Source: a virus
Lineage: Duplodnaviria > Caudoviricetes
DNA: 57,234 bases
Virus record (IMG/VR): IMGVR_UViG_3300016484_000638
Coordinates: 1 to 57,234 of that record
Reading direction: 5' to 3' (one strand)
Shown here: positions 57,101 through 57,234 of the stretch, piece by piece
Layout of the letters: each line of letters starts with the position of its first letter
Position numbering within the stretch: the stretch's first letter is position 1
Notes under the pieces: model-generated
Told to the model about the DNA's origin: nothing
Database searches by the model: none
The model's input: only the letters and a program-made list of their open reading frames with translations
Program-made: the position numbers and the translations under genes

Positions 57101-57159
57101 ATGTCATTTAATTTTATATAAAATATAACCCCCCAAATAAATGGAGGGTTATTTAATTG

Positions 57160-57233
57160 TAGGGATAGTAGGAATTGAACCCACGACCTTAACGATATAA
57201 GCGTTCTGCTCTCACCAACTGAGCTATATCCCC
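57160..57233 (-). tRNA. tRNA-Ile(TAT)
   Basis: Cloverleaf, loop CTTATAT, A73. Confidence 0.85.
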
Positions 57234-57234
57234 A

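Noticed and set aside
1-57234. Alternative genetic code or suppressor tRNAs
   Set aside because: Genes are intact under code 11, TAG and TGA act as stops, and no CTA/TTA/TCA anticodon tRNA was found

Overview
AT-rich, densely coding segment of a large (jumbo/huge) tailed phage that very likely infects Bacteroidota. Support: TAnnTTTG promoters, T9SS-type secreted proteins, a GD-starting tmRNA tag and a bS21 homolog. Most genes are on the minus strand and the genetic code is standard. The window holds 18 tRNA genes, 5 tRNA-scaffold RNAs with non-decoding anticodon arms, a tmRNA with a group I intron, about 8 unassigned structured RNAs, about 8 free-standing homing-type endonucleases, RNA-repair/nucleotide enzymes, a 5-member YGxxTKWC paralog family, and about 20 proteins sharing an N-terminal 'KKIIKKILKE-S..D(F/L)DW' tag. 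Top finding: each of the two main tRNA operons is preceded by a near-identical promoter, a short leader ORF and an intrinsic terminator with an overlapping antiterminator. The leader codons match the amino acids of that operon's own tRNAs (K,Y,D,G,A,C versus H,T,S,N,I,W,R). This looks like ribosome-mediated attenuation that turns on phage tRNA operons when those tRNAs are depleted. All calls were made by eye; no searches or folding programs were run.
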